Source: a virus (taxonomy: Duplodnaviria > Heunggongvirae > Uroviricota > Caudoviricetes). Taken from it: DNA of 64,000 bases. The stretch covers positions 33,412-97,411 of IMG/VR virus record IMGVR_UViG_3300036670_000258, one strand, 5' to 3'. The notes below the pieces were generated by a model. It did not search any database. It worked only from the letters and a program-made list of their open reading frames with translations, and was not told where the DNA came from. Positions 1 through 9,902 of this stretch are shown here, piece by piece. Positions within the stretch are counted from its first letter, which is position 1, and each line of letters starts with the position of its first letter. A program made the translations under genes and the position numbers.

Positions 1-1
1 C

Positions 2-181
2 CATAACAGCTAAGTGTTCTACCATTATTTGGCGGTAGCTTAATGTATATGCGCTTACATCCTGTAGATTGTTACCTAATTTTAAATCTTCAGTTAATTC
101 TTTGATTTTTAAAGTCCAATCTTCTCGCTGTTTGTTTAAATATTCATCTAACTGCTGAATTTTATCTTTAGCCTCTATCAT
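2..181 (-). CDS. hypothetical helical protein, 3' end runs off the window
   Basis: Manual translation from ATG at 181: MIEAKDKIQQLDEYLNKQREDWTLKIK..., open to the window edge; not in the ORF track. Confidence 0.7.
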   Translation of the reverse strand, partial: MIEAKDKIQQLDEYLNKQREDWTLKIKELTEDLKLGNNLQDVSAYTLSYRQIMVEHLAVM

Positions 182-192
182 TGTGTTTTATT

Positions 193-411
193 TTAAAAAA
201 GTGAGTTTCCTTTGTTGTTTTTCTTAATATAGACAGAACTAGTAAACTTTGCTTTAAGCTTTGGCTTTGTCATTGTAAATTCCTTAGAGGAATGAATAAC
301 ATTATTAGAATTAAAATCGATAATCATTTTAATATTCTTTCTTTTGTTTTTTTCATTTTCGAATTCTTCGAATTCTTCGTCAATCATTTGTAAAAATTCT
401 TTTTTTATCAT
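193..411 (-). CDS. hypothetical protein
   Basis: 72-aa ORF in the operon strand; start overlaps the primase stop. Confidence 0.6.
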   Translation of the reverse strand: MIKKEFLQMIDEEFEEFENEKNKRKNIKMIIDFNSNNVIHSSKEFTMTKPKLKAKFTSSVYIKKNNKGNSLF

Positions 412-1532
412 AGGTAATATGCATCAAGTTTAGAATCTGAAAAATATTTATCTAAGTTAGACAAGCATTTGTTTTGTGTTAACCATGCTGCAATGACTAA
501 ATCATTTAAATCACCTATTTGTTTAGGATATTTATCTCTTTCATTTTTATCAGTATTTTTAAGGAATTTTTCTAGGTGTAAATCTATTTTTGTTTCTTTA
601 AGGAATTTTTCCCATGTAAATATTTTTTTACCTCTTTTTAACTTTTCCATCATTTTACGTTTACCTGTACTATCATTATCGAACATATATCTAATAGTTG
701 GTATTTCATCAAATTCCGTTGTTGATCTTCCAGCAGTTGCAAGTCCTATAGAATTTGAAATAAACATAGCATCGATAGGTCCTTCGAACATTGTTACTTC
801 TCTTTGAAAATCAACAAGCATTACTCCGAATAGTGTTGATAATTTCTTAACACTAACAAGTTCTTCTTCACTCAGGATCATCTCACGTTTAGTCTCTTGA
901 TATATCTTTTCTAAATCGTATGTTAAATACCTTGAGTTAGATTGTTTATTAAGTGACCTTGTTTGAAATCCAATAACCTTATCCTTAGGTGCTAAATTTA
1001 ATACTACAATTCTTTTATCCTTAGGAGAATACATAAATCTGTCGAGGCGATGTGAAAGCAATCTATTTTTTAAATAAAAGTACGCTGAATCTCCTGGTAC
1101 TATTTCTTTAAAACCAAACATTTGTGATAATTCAATGCGTGTAGGGGATAAATCATATGTTAATTTAAAAATATCATGTTCTAATACTTCAATATCATTG
1201 ACTTCCATCTTATGTTCTTGGATATAGTCTATGATTTGAATAGAGTCATCTGTATTTTTAAATTTAACATGATGGTCTTTAAGTAATTGATATGCATTTG
1301 AGTGAATGCCGCAATTAAAACAGTGATATTGTAATGTGTCCCAATATAAATTACCTCTCTTCTTTTTAAGATCTGTAGTAGAGTCACCACAATATGGGCA
1401 TGCGATCGTTATTCGACCTGGCATTTCCTTAATCATTTGTTTACTAGAGTCATGATGCGCCTTTAACACTACTTGCTTAAATAGGCTTCTGATTTTAGAC
1501 TTTAGTTCTTCTGTTATTTTTTGACCTTTCAT
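408..1532 (-). CDS. DNA primase, T4 gp61/DnaG-like
   Basis: Zn-finger CPYCGD...YHCFNC; TOPRIM FEGPIDA and MFDNDSTG. The ORF-track start (1559) lies inside the terminator palindrome, so ATG at 1532 (MKGQK) is preferred. Confidence 0.9.
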   Translation of the reverse strand: MKGQKITEELKSKIRSLFKQVVLKAHHDSSKQMIKEMPGRITIACPYCGDSTTDLKKKRGNLYWDTLQYHCFNCGIHSNAYQLLKDHHVKFKNTDDSIQIIDYIQEHKMEVNDIEVLEHDIFKLTYDLSPTRIELSQMFGFKEIVPGDSAYFYLKNRLLSHRLDRFMYSPKDKRIVVLNLAPKDKVIGFQTRSLNKQSNSRYLTYDLEKIYQETKREMILSEEELVSVKKLSTLFGVMLVDFQREVTMFEGPIDAMFISNSIGLATAGRSTTEFDEIPTIRYMFDNDSTGKRKMMEKLKRGKKIFTWEKFLKETKIDLHLEKFLKNTDKNERDKYPKQIGDLNDLVIAAWLTQNKCLSNLDKYFSDSKLDAYYL

Positions 1533-1550
1533 ATGTATTATATACGAAAA

Positions 1551-1578
1551 AAAGGCCAAGTTTTAAAACTTGGCCTTT
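1551..1578 (-). terminator. 28-bp perfect palindrome, probable intrinsic terminator after ssb
   Basis: AAAGGCCAAGTTTT/AAAACTTGGCCTTT followed by a T-run on the minus strand. Confidence 0.75.
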
Positions 1579-1599
1579 AATTTTATTAATTATTTAATA

Positions 1600-2508
1600 C
1601 TATAGTTCAAGATCATTCAAGAATGAGTCTAAGTCATCTGAAGAATCTACATTGCTTGGAGTTCCTACCATTTCTTTTGGAAATTCAAAATCTACTGCTT
1701 GTTCTGATTTTGCTGGTACTTTTTTAGCAGCTTGTTTTGAAGTAACGGAGTTCATAGAATCGCCAGGGTTTAAATAGCTTCTAAGAATACCGTTTACAAA
1801 ATCAAGCATTTCTCCATCCCATGGCTTATATTCATAAGGTGTTAAACTAGGTGCAGTATCTAATTCTGCCTTAATAGCAGTCATTGTATCTGCGTCTCGC
1901 TTAGCTGGAGTACCTTTCATATCAATTGAACTAGTACTTGAAGAAAACTTTGACTTATCATAGTTATTGAATTCTCCTTGTCTTGTTATAATTAGTTCAA
2001 AGTTTTTCCCTTCGAATAAATCAAAAACTTGAGTTGGCTCTCCAAACGCTGGTTTTAATTCTTCATCAATTTTTTCTTTGATTTTATAACCAAACTTAAA
2101 TACCTTATATTGTCCTTCTAATTCTGGACTTTGAGGGTCTTTAATAATTTTTACTAATGCAAAATATTGCTCGCGTCTTTTTAGTTTTTCGCTCATTTTA
2201 CGATCAACTGCTGAATCACTTTTACGTAATTTGAAAAATACATCGGCGATTGGGCATTTTTCTCCAATAGTGGATGGTGAATCTACCATCTTGCCATCTC
2301 CACTTGCATTAGTTAGCCAGTGTACGTATTTTTTTACCAGTGAGTTCCTAGGGTTAGTTGGGTTCGGTACAAAGCGAATCATTGCTTTATATGTTCCATC
2401 TTTTCCATCATCTGCTGTCGGTTTAAATAAATCACTTCCGGTTGAAGCTTGTGTTTCATGTGTTTCAACGTCAGATACTCCTAAGTTAAAAATGTCAAAA
2501 TTTTCCAT
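1600..2508 (-). CDS. single-stranded DNA-binding protein, T4 gp32-like
   Basis: AMIRFVP, CPI, KVFKFGYKIKEKI, FNNYDKSKF motifs and acidic tail SSDDLDSFLNDLEL; next to primase. Confidence 0.88.
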   Translation of the reverse strand: MENFDIFNLGVSDVETHETQASTGSDLFKPTADDGKDGTYKAMIRFVPNPTNPRNSLVKKYVHWLTNASGDGKMVDSPSTIGEKCPIADVFFKLRKSDSAVDRKMSEKLKRREQYFALVKIIKDPQSPELEGQYKVFKFGYKIKEKIDEELKPAFGEPTQVFDLFEGKNFELIITRQGEFNNYDKSKFSSSTSSIDMKGTPAKRDADTMTAIKAELDTAPSLTPYEYKPWDGEMLDFVNGILRSYLNPGDSMNSVTSKQAAKKVPAKSEQAVDFEFPKEMVGTPSNVDSSDDLDSFLNDLEL

Positions 2509-2510
2509 GT

Positions 2511-2555
2511 CTTTAATGTTTGTTAATTTCTTTAATGTTTGTTAATTTCTTTAAT
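2511..2555. repeat. 19-bp tandem repeat (2 copies plus 7 bp) in the ssb leader
   Basis: CTTTAATGTTTGTTAATTT at 2511-2529 and 2530-2548; CTTTAAT at 2549-2555. Confidence 0.95.
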
Positions 2556-2593
2556 TGCTTTGATTTACTAAGCTGTTAATTATATAATAATAT

Positions 2594-2785
2594 TTAATAA
2601 TGTTTCAGTTTTTTCATATTTAATTGTGAACCTGTTTCGTCTAGATATATGTGGTCTTTAACTAAATGAAGACCCGCTTTAGACAATAGAATTTCCATAT
2701 CCTCTTTGGATAGTTTTTCTAAAGTAACTAATTTACTTAGCAAAGTATGTAAGTTGAAATGTTCAGTTGTTGTAAATATACTCAT
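2594..2785 (-). CDS. hypothetical protein
   Basis: 63-aa ORF preceded by GATATATA motif. Confidence 0.6.
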   Translation of the reverse strand: MSIFTTTEHFNLHTLLSKLVTLEKLSKEDMEILLSKAGLHLVKDHIYLDETGSQLNMKKLKHY

Positions 2786-3046
2786 TTTCTACATTTTAAA
2801 TATTAATATACTTATTATATATCTCTTTCAATTTAGTTTCATTAATTACTTCTTTATTTGTTTATTAAGGTACATTAAAACTATTTACAAATATTTTATC
2901 AGATTGCTGAAACATTCCAGTCAACTGTCAATATAACTAAAGTATTTAAGCCTTTGGGTAAGATTAGGTTGCAAGCTTAAAGATATCAAAGATAAGATTT
3001 GGTTAACATTAATAAAAATAAGTTCACCTTATAACAAAAAAGAAAG

Positions 3047-3700
3047 TTACTTATTGTAATACAAAAATCTTGATAAATGATTTAGAAAGTATGCATCTAC
3101 AAGATCGTCCATTGGCTTTGGCACCTTTGAAACTATTCCAATTGAAGATTTACAGAATGAGAGCAAAGACGAGTCATTTAGATATTCATCTTCTAGGTAA
3201 TTTTCAAGGAATTTAACCCAAAGTTCATCTTTCTTAAGGCGACCTGAACCTGCGTGTTTTTTAATTGATGAAGGAGCAACTGTTAACATATTTATAACAT
3301 TAAGTCTAGACATCATTTCCATCTTTAGTATTGCGGCTCCTGCTGCCATGTCAATTATATTATTAGTTCCGGAAGATGATCCAAATGATGTACCTTCAAA
3401 TGCAATTATAAAGGAATCATCATTACCTGTAATTTCTATAATAATGTCAATAATGTCTTTAGCAGTTTGAGTGTGTCTTTGTATTTTAATCATCTCACTC
3501 CTAGAATAATCCTCGTTATTCGTCCAATCTGGTTGCTGAAGAATTTGTGTGTCTTCAAGTATATTAAGTTCTTCTTGTAGTTTTTGTTCCTTCTTTGTGC
3601 CTGTCTTTGGTTTTAAGTATCCAACGAAACTATATTTATTATCTTTAAATATACAAATTCCTGGTGAATTTAAAGAAAAGTCAATTGTTACAAAATTCAT
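3047..3700 (-). CDS. RuvC-like Holliday junction resolvase
   Basis: RNase H-fold acidic motifs TIDFSLNSPG, IAFEG, PSSIKK, DDLVDAYFL. Confidence 0.8.
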   Translation of the reverse strand: MNFVTIDFSLNSPGICIFKDNKYSFVGYLKPKTGTKKEQKLQEELNILEDTQILQQPDWTNNEDYSRSEMIKIQRHTQTAKDIIDIIIEITGNDDSFIIAFEGTSFGSSSGTNNIIDMAAGAAILKMEMMSRLNVINMLTVAPSSIKKHAGSGRLKKDELWVKFLENYLEDEYLNDSSLLSFCKSSIGIVSKVPKPMDDLVDAYFLNHLSRFLYYNK

Positions 3701-3710
3701 TTATAGTGAT

Positions 3711-4079
3711 TTATAGTGATTTACCAAGAGAAGCTCCTAAAGCAGCCCCTACGAGCCTACTCGTTAACATATCATACATTACGCCTGACTGGATTCCTAA
3801 TATTTTAGCAACTGTTTTTCCTATTGTTTTTCCAAGTGCAAAACCAGTAAGTCCACCAAAAATACTTCCTAGAATTCCCTCGTTAGTAAGTTCATTATTG
3901 AATTGATGAACATCATATGTTCCATCTTCTTTTAAATAGGTACTAGCAAATTGTTCTAATGCTGAATCTACTTTAAATTCTAAATCAGAAGTCCATTCCG
4001 ATTGTAAAGATTCATTTAAAGTTAAAAGATCTGATTCAGAAGTATTTTGTTCTTTCATGTAATCTACGAATGTTTTCAT
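3711..4079 (-). CDS. hypothetical protein with C-terminal glycine-zipper helices
   Basis: GSIFGGLTGFALG and LVGAALGASLG GxxxG arrays. Confidence 0.65.
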   Translation of the reverse strand: MKTFVDYMKEQNTSESDLLTLNESLQSEWTSDLEFKVDSALEQFASTYLKEDGTYDVHQFNNELTNEGILGSIFGGLTGFALGKTIGKTVAKILGIQSGVMYDMLTSRLVGAALGASLGKSL

Positions 4080-4097
4080 ATTTTATATATACGTTTT

Positions 4098-4649
4098 TTA
4101 ATCTATTTCTAATACTAAATTGAACTTATTATAAAAAAAGTTCAATTCAAATGTTGTAAATTCTGCAATATTAGAACTCATATTTAAATCTAACTCAGAA
4201 ATTTCATGAAGTATTGGCTTTTCAAACACAATACTAATTACATGAATTCCCTGTGCATCCATTATTTGTAATTTAATATCATTTAAAAATGGGTTTTTAA
4301 CACCCTTTGAATAATAATACAATAAAGTGTCTTGCATTATCCAATAGTTTATATAACCATCTAACAGCTGCATTGTAATCGAAAATTGACGCTGTATTGT
4401 ATTTTGTATTGGAATAGAACCTCTATGATATGTTATCGTTCCATCATTTTGCGATGTTGATATTGGATCAAAACTAATTCCAGGAATAGCACATCCTTGT
4501 ATAGAATAATTAATAAAATCAATAGGCTCTGTTATTAAGTTGCCTGGAATTCTATTTAAATATTTTTTATACTTATCAGCGACCTCCTTTGGAATAAAAG
4601 TCCTTGGAAATCTTATATTAAATAAATTATTTCTACTGTTTATTATCAT
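4098..4649 (-). CDS. tail tube-fold protein (gp19/gp3-like)
   Basis: YSIQGCAIPGISF, FSITMQLLDGYINYW and FTTFELNFFY pattern; ~180 aa; structural block. Confidence 0.55.
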   Translation of the reverse strand: MIINSRNNLFNIRFPRTFIPKEVADKYKKYLNRIPGNLITEPIDFINYSIQGCAIPGISFDPISTSQNDGTITYHRGSIPIQNTIQRQFSITMQLLDGYINYWIMQDTLLYYYSKGVKNPFLNDIKLQIMDAQGIHVISIVFEKPILHEISELDLNMSSNIAEFTTFELNFFYNKFNLVLEID

Positions 4650-6706
4650 TATATTATGTTAACGTTTCCGAAATATAGAAGTGATTCCGTATTTCCATTT
4701 TTAATATTTATATAAAACATATCTTTGTTTTGATTTGTATCAGTCTGATCAAATCTAACAGCTATTGCCTTTGAAACTTTAAAAAATATCTCGCCGGCTC
4801 CCATGTCTATTCCCGGAAAAGAAGGATCATGTGATATTCTTTCTTCAATTTTCCCACTCTTAATAATTAAAATCATATCTTCAGCATTAACTAAACTTAT
4901 TGATTTGTAATTATCTCCATCAGGCTGTACTACTTTAAATTTTATAAAGTTATCAGATACTTTTGATATATTTATTATTGCAACTCCTTCTGGTTCATAT
5001 ATAAAATTAGATGTTGAGTTTACAATAGCACCGTCAACTGTTACCTTGGTATTTGCTCCTAATATTCCATATGTGTCTAATGCAACTGGAACATATTTAG
5101 TTTCACCTATAGCAGGTCTAATTGAGTTAATAAATTGATTTAATTCCCTATTGACTGATGTATTTGGTAACTTATTATATACTATTGTTGGAGAAAAACT
5201 AGAGTTTAAATTTAACTTTAATAGTTTTTTTCCATATTTTTTAGGCTGATTATATATTAACGATGCTACTTTAACTATTTGTGTATTATCAGTTTCATTA
5301 TAAACCCGCATATTAACCGTAATTAAAAAATTGCTTGATATAGAAGAGTTCATAATAACAGGTCTAAATATAATAGGCTCATCAAACTGACTTGTTTGTG
5401 TAAATGTATTGTTAAATGTGTTAATATAATTAAGTCCTAATTGTTCGCTCACTTGTACCTCATAAAAAACAAGTATGTCATCACTTGAATTTCTAATTCT
5501 TCCATTAATATATCCTTCGAATCCAGTAAGTGATCCATCTTTCGTTCCATATATTTTAAAGTAGTCTCCGTCTGTTGCATGCTCTATATTGACAGAAAGA
5601 TCTATAAATTCATCTTCCTGTGAAAGAACTATGGATTTTCCAGTATCTAGGTTAATGTATTGATATCCATTATCTTCAAATAGTGAGTTAATTAGTTTAA
5701 AATCAAATTCATAATTAATAGAGTTATTGATGGCATTAATAGTTCCTGTTGCTCCAAAAAAACTTTCTTGAAAATCAAGGTTTAAGGAATACATATCGAC
5801 TAAGGAAGGAACTTTAATTTCGATATACTTAGAGTATGATGATTCTCCTAAAATAAATGGATTTGGATTTTGTATTTCAAAATTTGAAAAATTTAAATAA
5901 ACAGTTGAATTAAAATAGTTATAGATTCCCGAGCTTCTTTTAATCTTTGTTTGAAATAAAAATCCATCATATCCTCTTGCACTAAATGAATAACCTGTTC
6001 TTAAATGTAACTTAATAGTATCGTATATTACGGATTCAACATCGCCAACAGGTACTACAATTAAATCAGAAGAAGATGTTCCATTCCATTCAGGTGAATC
6101 TAAATAATTAAGCGAATTAGTTAAAAGTGCTAATGTATTTTCAACACCGGTTGGAACTGCATAATATCTTCCTACCTCACCTGGCGCTGTTTTAATATCG
6201 TTTCCGGTTTGTGCTTCCGGTACTGAAAAAAGAGAATTAGCATTGTTAGAAACTTCTATATTTCCACCAATTGATGCCGTATTTGATAAATCAACATAAG
6301 TGTACTTGTATTTTCCATTAGTAGTTGGAGTGTATATATATGTAAATCCTATAAGGTATCCGTTTCCGTTTGGAATATTAAATCCCTGTATATTATTTAT
6401 TGATGCATCACTTAAATTGAATTTATATGTTTTTCCATTTCTTAAAAGAAGTTGACGTGATGCAAAATTATTAATAACCACATAACCGCTTGCGATTTTA
6501 ACATCAAATTCAACAACGTCTGCGCCTAATTCATGAATTAAAAATCTAGAAGCATTTCCATCACCGTCAACTGTATCTAAATACTTTAATTGACTTCCGT
6601 TGTTGTCATTTTCTATCCTAGCCAATACTGGATTTGATTGATCGTGATATATAAATTCCAGTAAAATGTCTTCGTCTATTTTAAGGAATCTTGATGATTT
6701 TGCCAT
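4649..6706 (-). CDS. putative virion structural protein
   Basis: 685-aa N/S/I-rich beta-rich ORF; TAATG-coupled to the next gene. Confidence 0.55.
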   Translation of the reverse strand: MAKSSRFLKIDEDILLEFIYHDQSNPVLARIENDNNGSQLKYLDTVDGDGNASRFLIHELGADVVEFDVKIASGYVVINNFASRQLLLRNGKTYKFNLSDASINNIQGFNIPNGNGYLIGFTYIYTPTTNGKYKYTYVDLSNTASIGGNIEVSNNANSLFSVPEAQTGNDIKTAPGEVGRYYAVPTGVENTLALLTNSLNYLDSPEWNGTSSSDLIVVPVGDVESVIYDTIKLHLRTGYSFSARGYDGFLFQTKIKRSSGIYNYFNSTVYLNFSNFEIQNPNPFILGESSYSKYIEIKVPSLVDMYSLNLDFQESFFGATGTINAINNSINYEFDFKLINSLFEDNGYQYINLDTGKSIVLSQEDEFIDLSVNIEHATDGDYFKIYGTKDGSLTGFEGYINGRIRNSSDDILVFYEVQVSEQLGLNYINTFNNTFTQTSQFDEPIIFRPVIMNSSISSNFLITVNMRVYNETDNTQIVKVASLIYNQPKKYGKKLLKLNLNSSFSPTIVYNKLPNTSVNRELNQFINSIRPAIGETKYVPVALDTYGILGANTKVTVDGAIVNSTSNFIYEPEGVAIINISKVSDNFIKFKVVQPDGDNYKSISLVNAEDMILIIKSGKIEERISHDPSFPGIDMGAGEIFFKVSKAIAVRFDQTDTNQNKDMFYINIKNGNTESLLYFGNVNII

Positions 6707-6721
6707 TTCTTTATAATTTTA

Positions 6722-7534
6722 TTAAAATCTAAGCCATTTCGGAGACCACTGTATACCTATATTAATAGAAGGACCTACTGTTATTATTTGATCTGTATTT
6801 AAATTTAATCCATATCCGATACCTACCCCTAGTGACCAATGTTTTACTCTTTCTTTGTTATTAAGTTTATCGTTTACTAAATTAATATTTTCTATATTTG
6901 TAAACTCTAATCCAGGATAAGGTGTTGTTATTTTTAATGAATTAACACCCTTTTCATTAACTATTGCTGCTTTTAATTCTATTCCTTGACTAAAATTAAA
7001 CCTACTAGAAGTTAATGAAATTTCATTTATAGATTTATTTCTTAAAAGATTTACAGTTCCATCAAAACGTCTCCAATTGTATTTATCCCAGTTTTTTTCG
7101 TCGACAAATGTTATAACATATGTTGAATCGCTTATACTCACAATATCACCACCGGAATTAATGATAGAATCCTTAATCCTGATTTCAGCTCTTAATAGAG
7201 AATTAATATTTCTAATATCTTTAGTTAAATTAAGAGCACGTTGATAATCTGCAACCTCCCTTTTCGTCATGTTAGATAGAGAATTAACGTCATACTCATA
7301 TGAAAGTTTAGAAGATACTAATTCTCCTTTTTTGTTTCTTTCGTTTTTTATAGTATCTTGACTTGCTTTATAATTATTTAGGGCCCTATCTGCAACAACT
7401 TTCGTTAATTCTAATTCATTTTTAAGATCAGATGTTGTGTTACATTGTCTTAAAAACAATAAAGTAAATAAAATAACTCCAATGAACACTAAGGTATTTT
7501 TATTTGTAGGTATGTATTTTTTATAATCTATCAT
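6722..7534 (-). CDS. membrane/lipoprotein, putative spanin-like lysis protein
   Basis: N-terminal hydrophobic segment ending LFLRQC, coiled coil, C-terminal amphipathic beta pair WSLGVGIGYG...VGPSINIGIQW. Confidence 0.45.
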   Translation of the reverse strand: MIDYKKYIPTNKNTLVFIGVILFTLLFLRQCNTTSDLKNELELTKVVADRALNNYKASQDTIKNERNKKGELVSSKLSYEYDVNSLSNMTKREVADYQRALNLTKDIRNINSLLRAEIRIKDSIINSGGDIVSISDSTYVITFVDEKNWDKYNWRRFDGTVNLLRNKSINEISLTSSRFNFSQGIELKAAIVNEKGVNSLKITTPYPGLEFTNIENINLVNDKLNNKERVKHWSLGVGIGYGLNLNTDQIITVGPSINIGIQWSPKWLRF

Positions 7535-7563
7535 GTTTTATATATTTAAATTATTTTTAATGA

Positions 7564-9864
7564 TTAACTGCATATCATGTAATCTGGAGGATTAATTGAT
7601 GTAATTGCAATATACTCTCTGTATTGTAGTTCACATTGTCCCTGTCCACAATCAACGTAGTCTGATGATAGGTTACTATATTGTACTGACGTGCTTCCTG
7701 CAGGAATAGTTAACACAACATAATCGGTACTCGGCGTTGAACAACCGGCTTCAGATATTTCAATCGTAATATCTACATCTTCATTAGTGATGGCTGACAA
7801 TTGTAACGTTAAAGTACTATATGATGCATTTGTTGAATTTCCAAGACATTCTCCTATGAAATTCGTTGTATCTAAACTTGCAGTAACACATGGGATTGCA
7901 ATAGGGCCTCCTATGACATTATATTCGAATTGGCTTCCAATAGGTGTGCCGTTTGGAACTGTTATTGTTATATTTTTAGTAAGTCTTGTGTTTGAATTAG
8001 ATAATGATTGACTATTCACTGTAAATGTAGAACCCTGTGGAACATTTGATCCTGACGTATCAACATTACTAACATCATTAAATTTATATCCACTAATAGC
8101 ATCTATCACTATGTTAAACGTATATCCTGCAGTATAGTCATATATTATATTTTCATCCTGTACTGGAGTTAATGTTGAATTAATTGGATTAGAATTTCTA
8201 TGCAATATTAAATTATTCTGGAGAGAAGGTGACATTGCATCAGATGTATCAACGCTTAATGGAATAATAGTATTATTGGCAGGTTGAGAGCTAACATATA
8301 TTGCTAAGTTTAACACACTAGGATACGCACCGCTACCTAAAGTTCCAACGACATCTGAAATATAAGAAGGAAACCCTATTACAGGTACAGATACCCAGTA
8401 ATATCCAGAAGGTGCATTAACAATAGAGTTGACTTGATATGATGAACCCTGTGGGTTGTTCGTAGACACTATATCCTGTGGATTAGGGCTTATGCTATCT
8501 GGCGATGAATTAGTATCTGTTAATCTAAACGTTGTGTTAGAAATAGAAGCCTGTCCATCACCAGCTGACATCCAGTATAAATCAACCTCATCTAAATATA
8601 TAATCTGAGGAAGTCTTTTTATTTTATATATAGTACCACCCTGTATTATTCCTACTAAATCATCATTAGTACTAATAACTGAATTGACATCGTAAATTCC
8701 ATTATTTGAATCACTAGCCACCATTGTAGTATCTGCACCTCCTATTAAATTCACAAAGGTGTTTGTACTAAATGAATATCCTTGACCGCTCGGTTCATTC
8801 GATATTGAATTATCTTCTATACTGTAACTGAATGAATTTAAATTTGGAACAATATGACTTTCAGTATCTCCAATCCATTGTTGTCCATTACATAAATACC
8901 ATCCTTTATATCTACCAACACCTGAACCTACTCTGATTCGAATTGGAAGATCAGGAAACTGTGTGGTATCTATTACTTCATTATTTATAAATTTAGTACT
9001 ATCACTAAAAATAGAAGGAAGTACTGAAATAATAGTACCAAATGGAACGGTTCCTCCTAGTTCTTTAACACTTTTATATATTACTGTTCCTTCTGAATCA
9101 GCAGATACTGCTACTTTATCGGTCGATGCCGGATACTCTGTTGTTCCTTTTATAATTAATATGTTGTTAAATGTTACCTTTGAATTAAATATAGTATCTG
9201 TATTATATTCAGTAATACTTTGTCCTATTTTAAGTAAAATAGCACTATTTATATTAGATTTAAATATATGGTCTTCTGCATATAATATAAATGAAGTATT
9301 TTCTATATTTGCATCTTGAGATTTAAACTCCATAGTAAATTCATTCACAGAATTTAAACTATTAAGTTTCATTGTGAAATCAACCCAATGATCCGGAACA
9401 TCATCACTTGTGAATCTTAAATTAGAGGAAAATTGATTTTTTCTGTTTATAATCCACTGATATGGAAGATTTCCATTTAAAAAATTAGGTGTTGAATCAT
9501 ATTGAACATCTCCTGGTAAAAAACCAACACTTATTATTGGTGGATATGTATTTTCAGGTGAATTATTAGGTCCATTATATATCGGAACTAAAGTGTCAGT
9601 AGTTGGCACGGTAGGATCTCCTTGTATATTTTTCCAAAATACTTCATTATTATCACCTGAAGGCCCTTGGGTTCCTTGAAATCCTCTATCTCCTTGAAAT
9701 CCTCTTTTGCCAGTGACACCTTGTGGGCCCAGTTCACCCTTAATTCCCCTTGGACCCTGTGGACCTCCTCCGTTTGCAACTAGTTGATCAAAATTATAAT
9801 TAATTTTGTCTAGTTTAATATTGTCAGCGTCCGCATTACTTACTTGCTTTAGATTTATTATCAT
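7564..9864 (-). CDS. tail fiber-like protein with short collagen segment and collar domain
   Basis: GPQGPRGIKGELGPQG... near the N-terminus; collar-like PFGTIISV...GWYLCNG...PNLNSF; Cys-rich C-terminus. Confidence 0.7.
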   Translation of the reverse strand: MIINLKQVSNADADNIKLDKINYNFDQLVANGGGPQGPRGIKGELGPQGVTGKRGFQGDRGFQGTQGPSGDNNEVFWKNIQGDPTVPTTDTLVPIYNGPNNSPENTYPPIISVGFLPGDVQYDSTPNFLNGNLPYQWIINRKNQFSSNLRFTSDDVPDHWVDFTMKLNSLNSVNEFTMEFKSQDANIENTSFILYAEDHIFKSNINSAILLKIGQSITEYNTDTIFNSKVTFNNILIIKGTTEYPASTDKVAVSADSEGTVIYKSVKELGGTVPFGTIISVLPSIFSDSTKFINNEVIDTTQFPDLPIRIRVGSGVGRYKGWYLCNGQQWIGDTESHIVPNLNSFSYSIEDNSISNEPSGQGYSFSTNTFVNLIGGADTTMVASDSNNGIYDVNSVISTNDDLVGIIQGGTIYKIKRLPQIIYLDEVDLYWMSAGDGQASISNTTFRLTDTNSSPDSISPNPQDIVSTNNPQGSSYQVNSIVNAPSGYYWVSVPVIGFPSYISDVVGTLGSGAYPSVLNLAIYVSSQPANNTIIPLSVDTSDAMSPSLQNNLILHRNSNPINSTLTPVQDENIIYDYTAGYTFNIVIDAISGYKFNDVSNVDTSGSNVPQGSTFTVNSQSLSNSNTRLTKNITITVPNGTPIGSQFEYNVIGGPIAIPCVTASLDTTNFIGECLGNSTNASYSTLTLQLSAITNEDVDITIEISEAGCSTPSTDYVVLTIPAGSTSVQYSNLSSDYVDCGQGQCELQYREYIAITSINPPDYMICS

Positions 9865-9902
9865 TTACATGTACTATATTTATATTCTATATATTACTAT
9901 TA

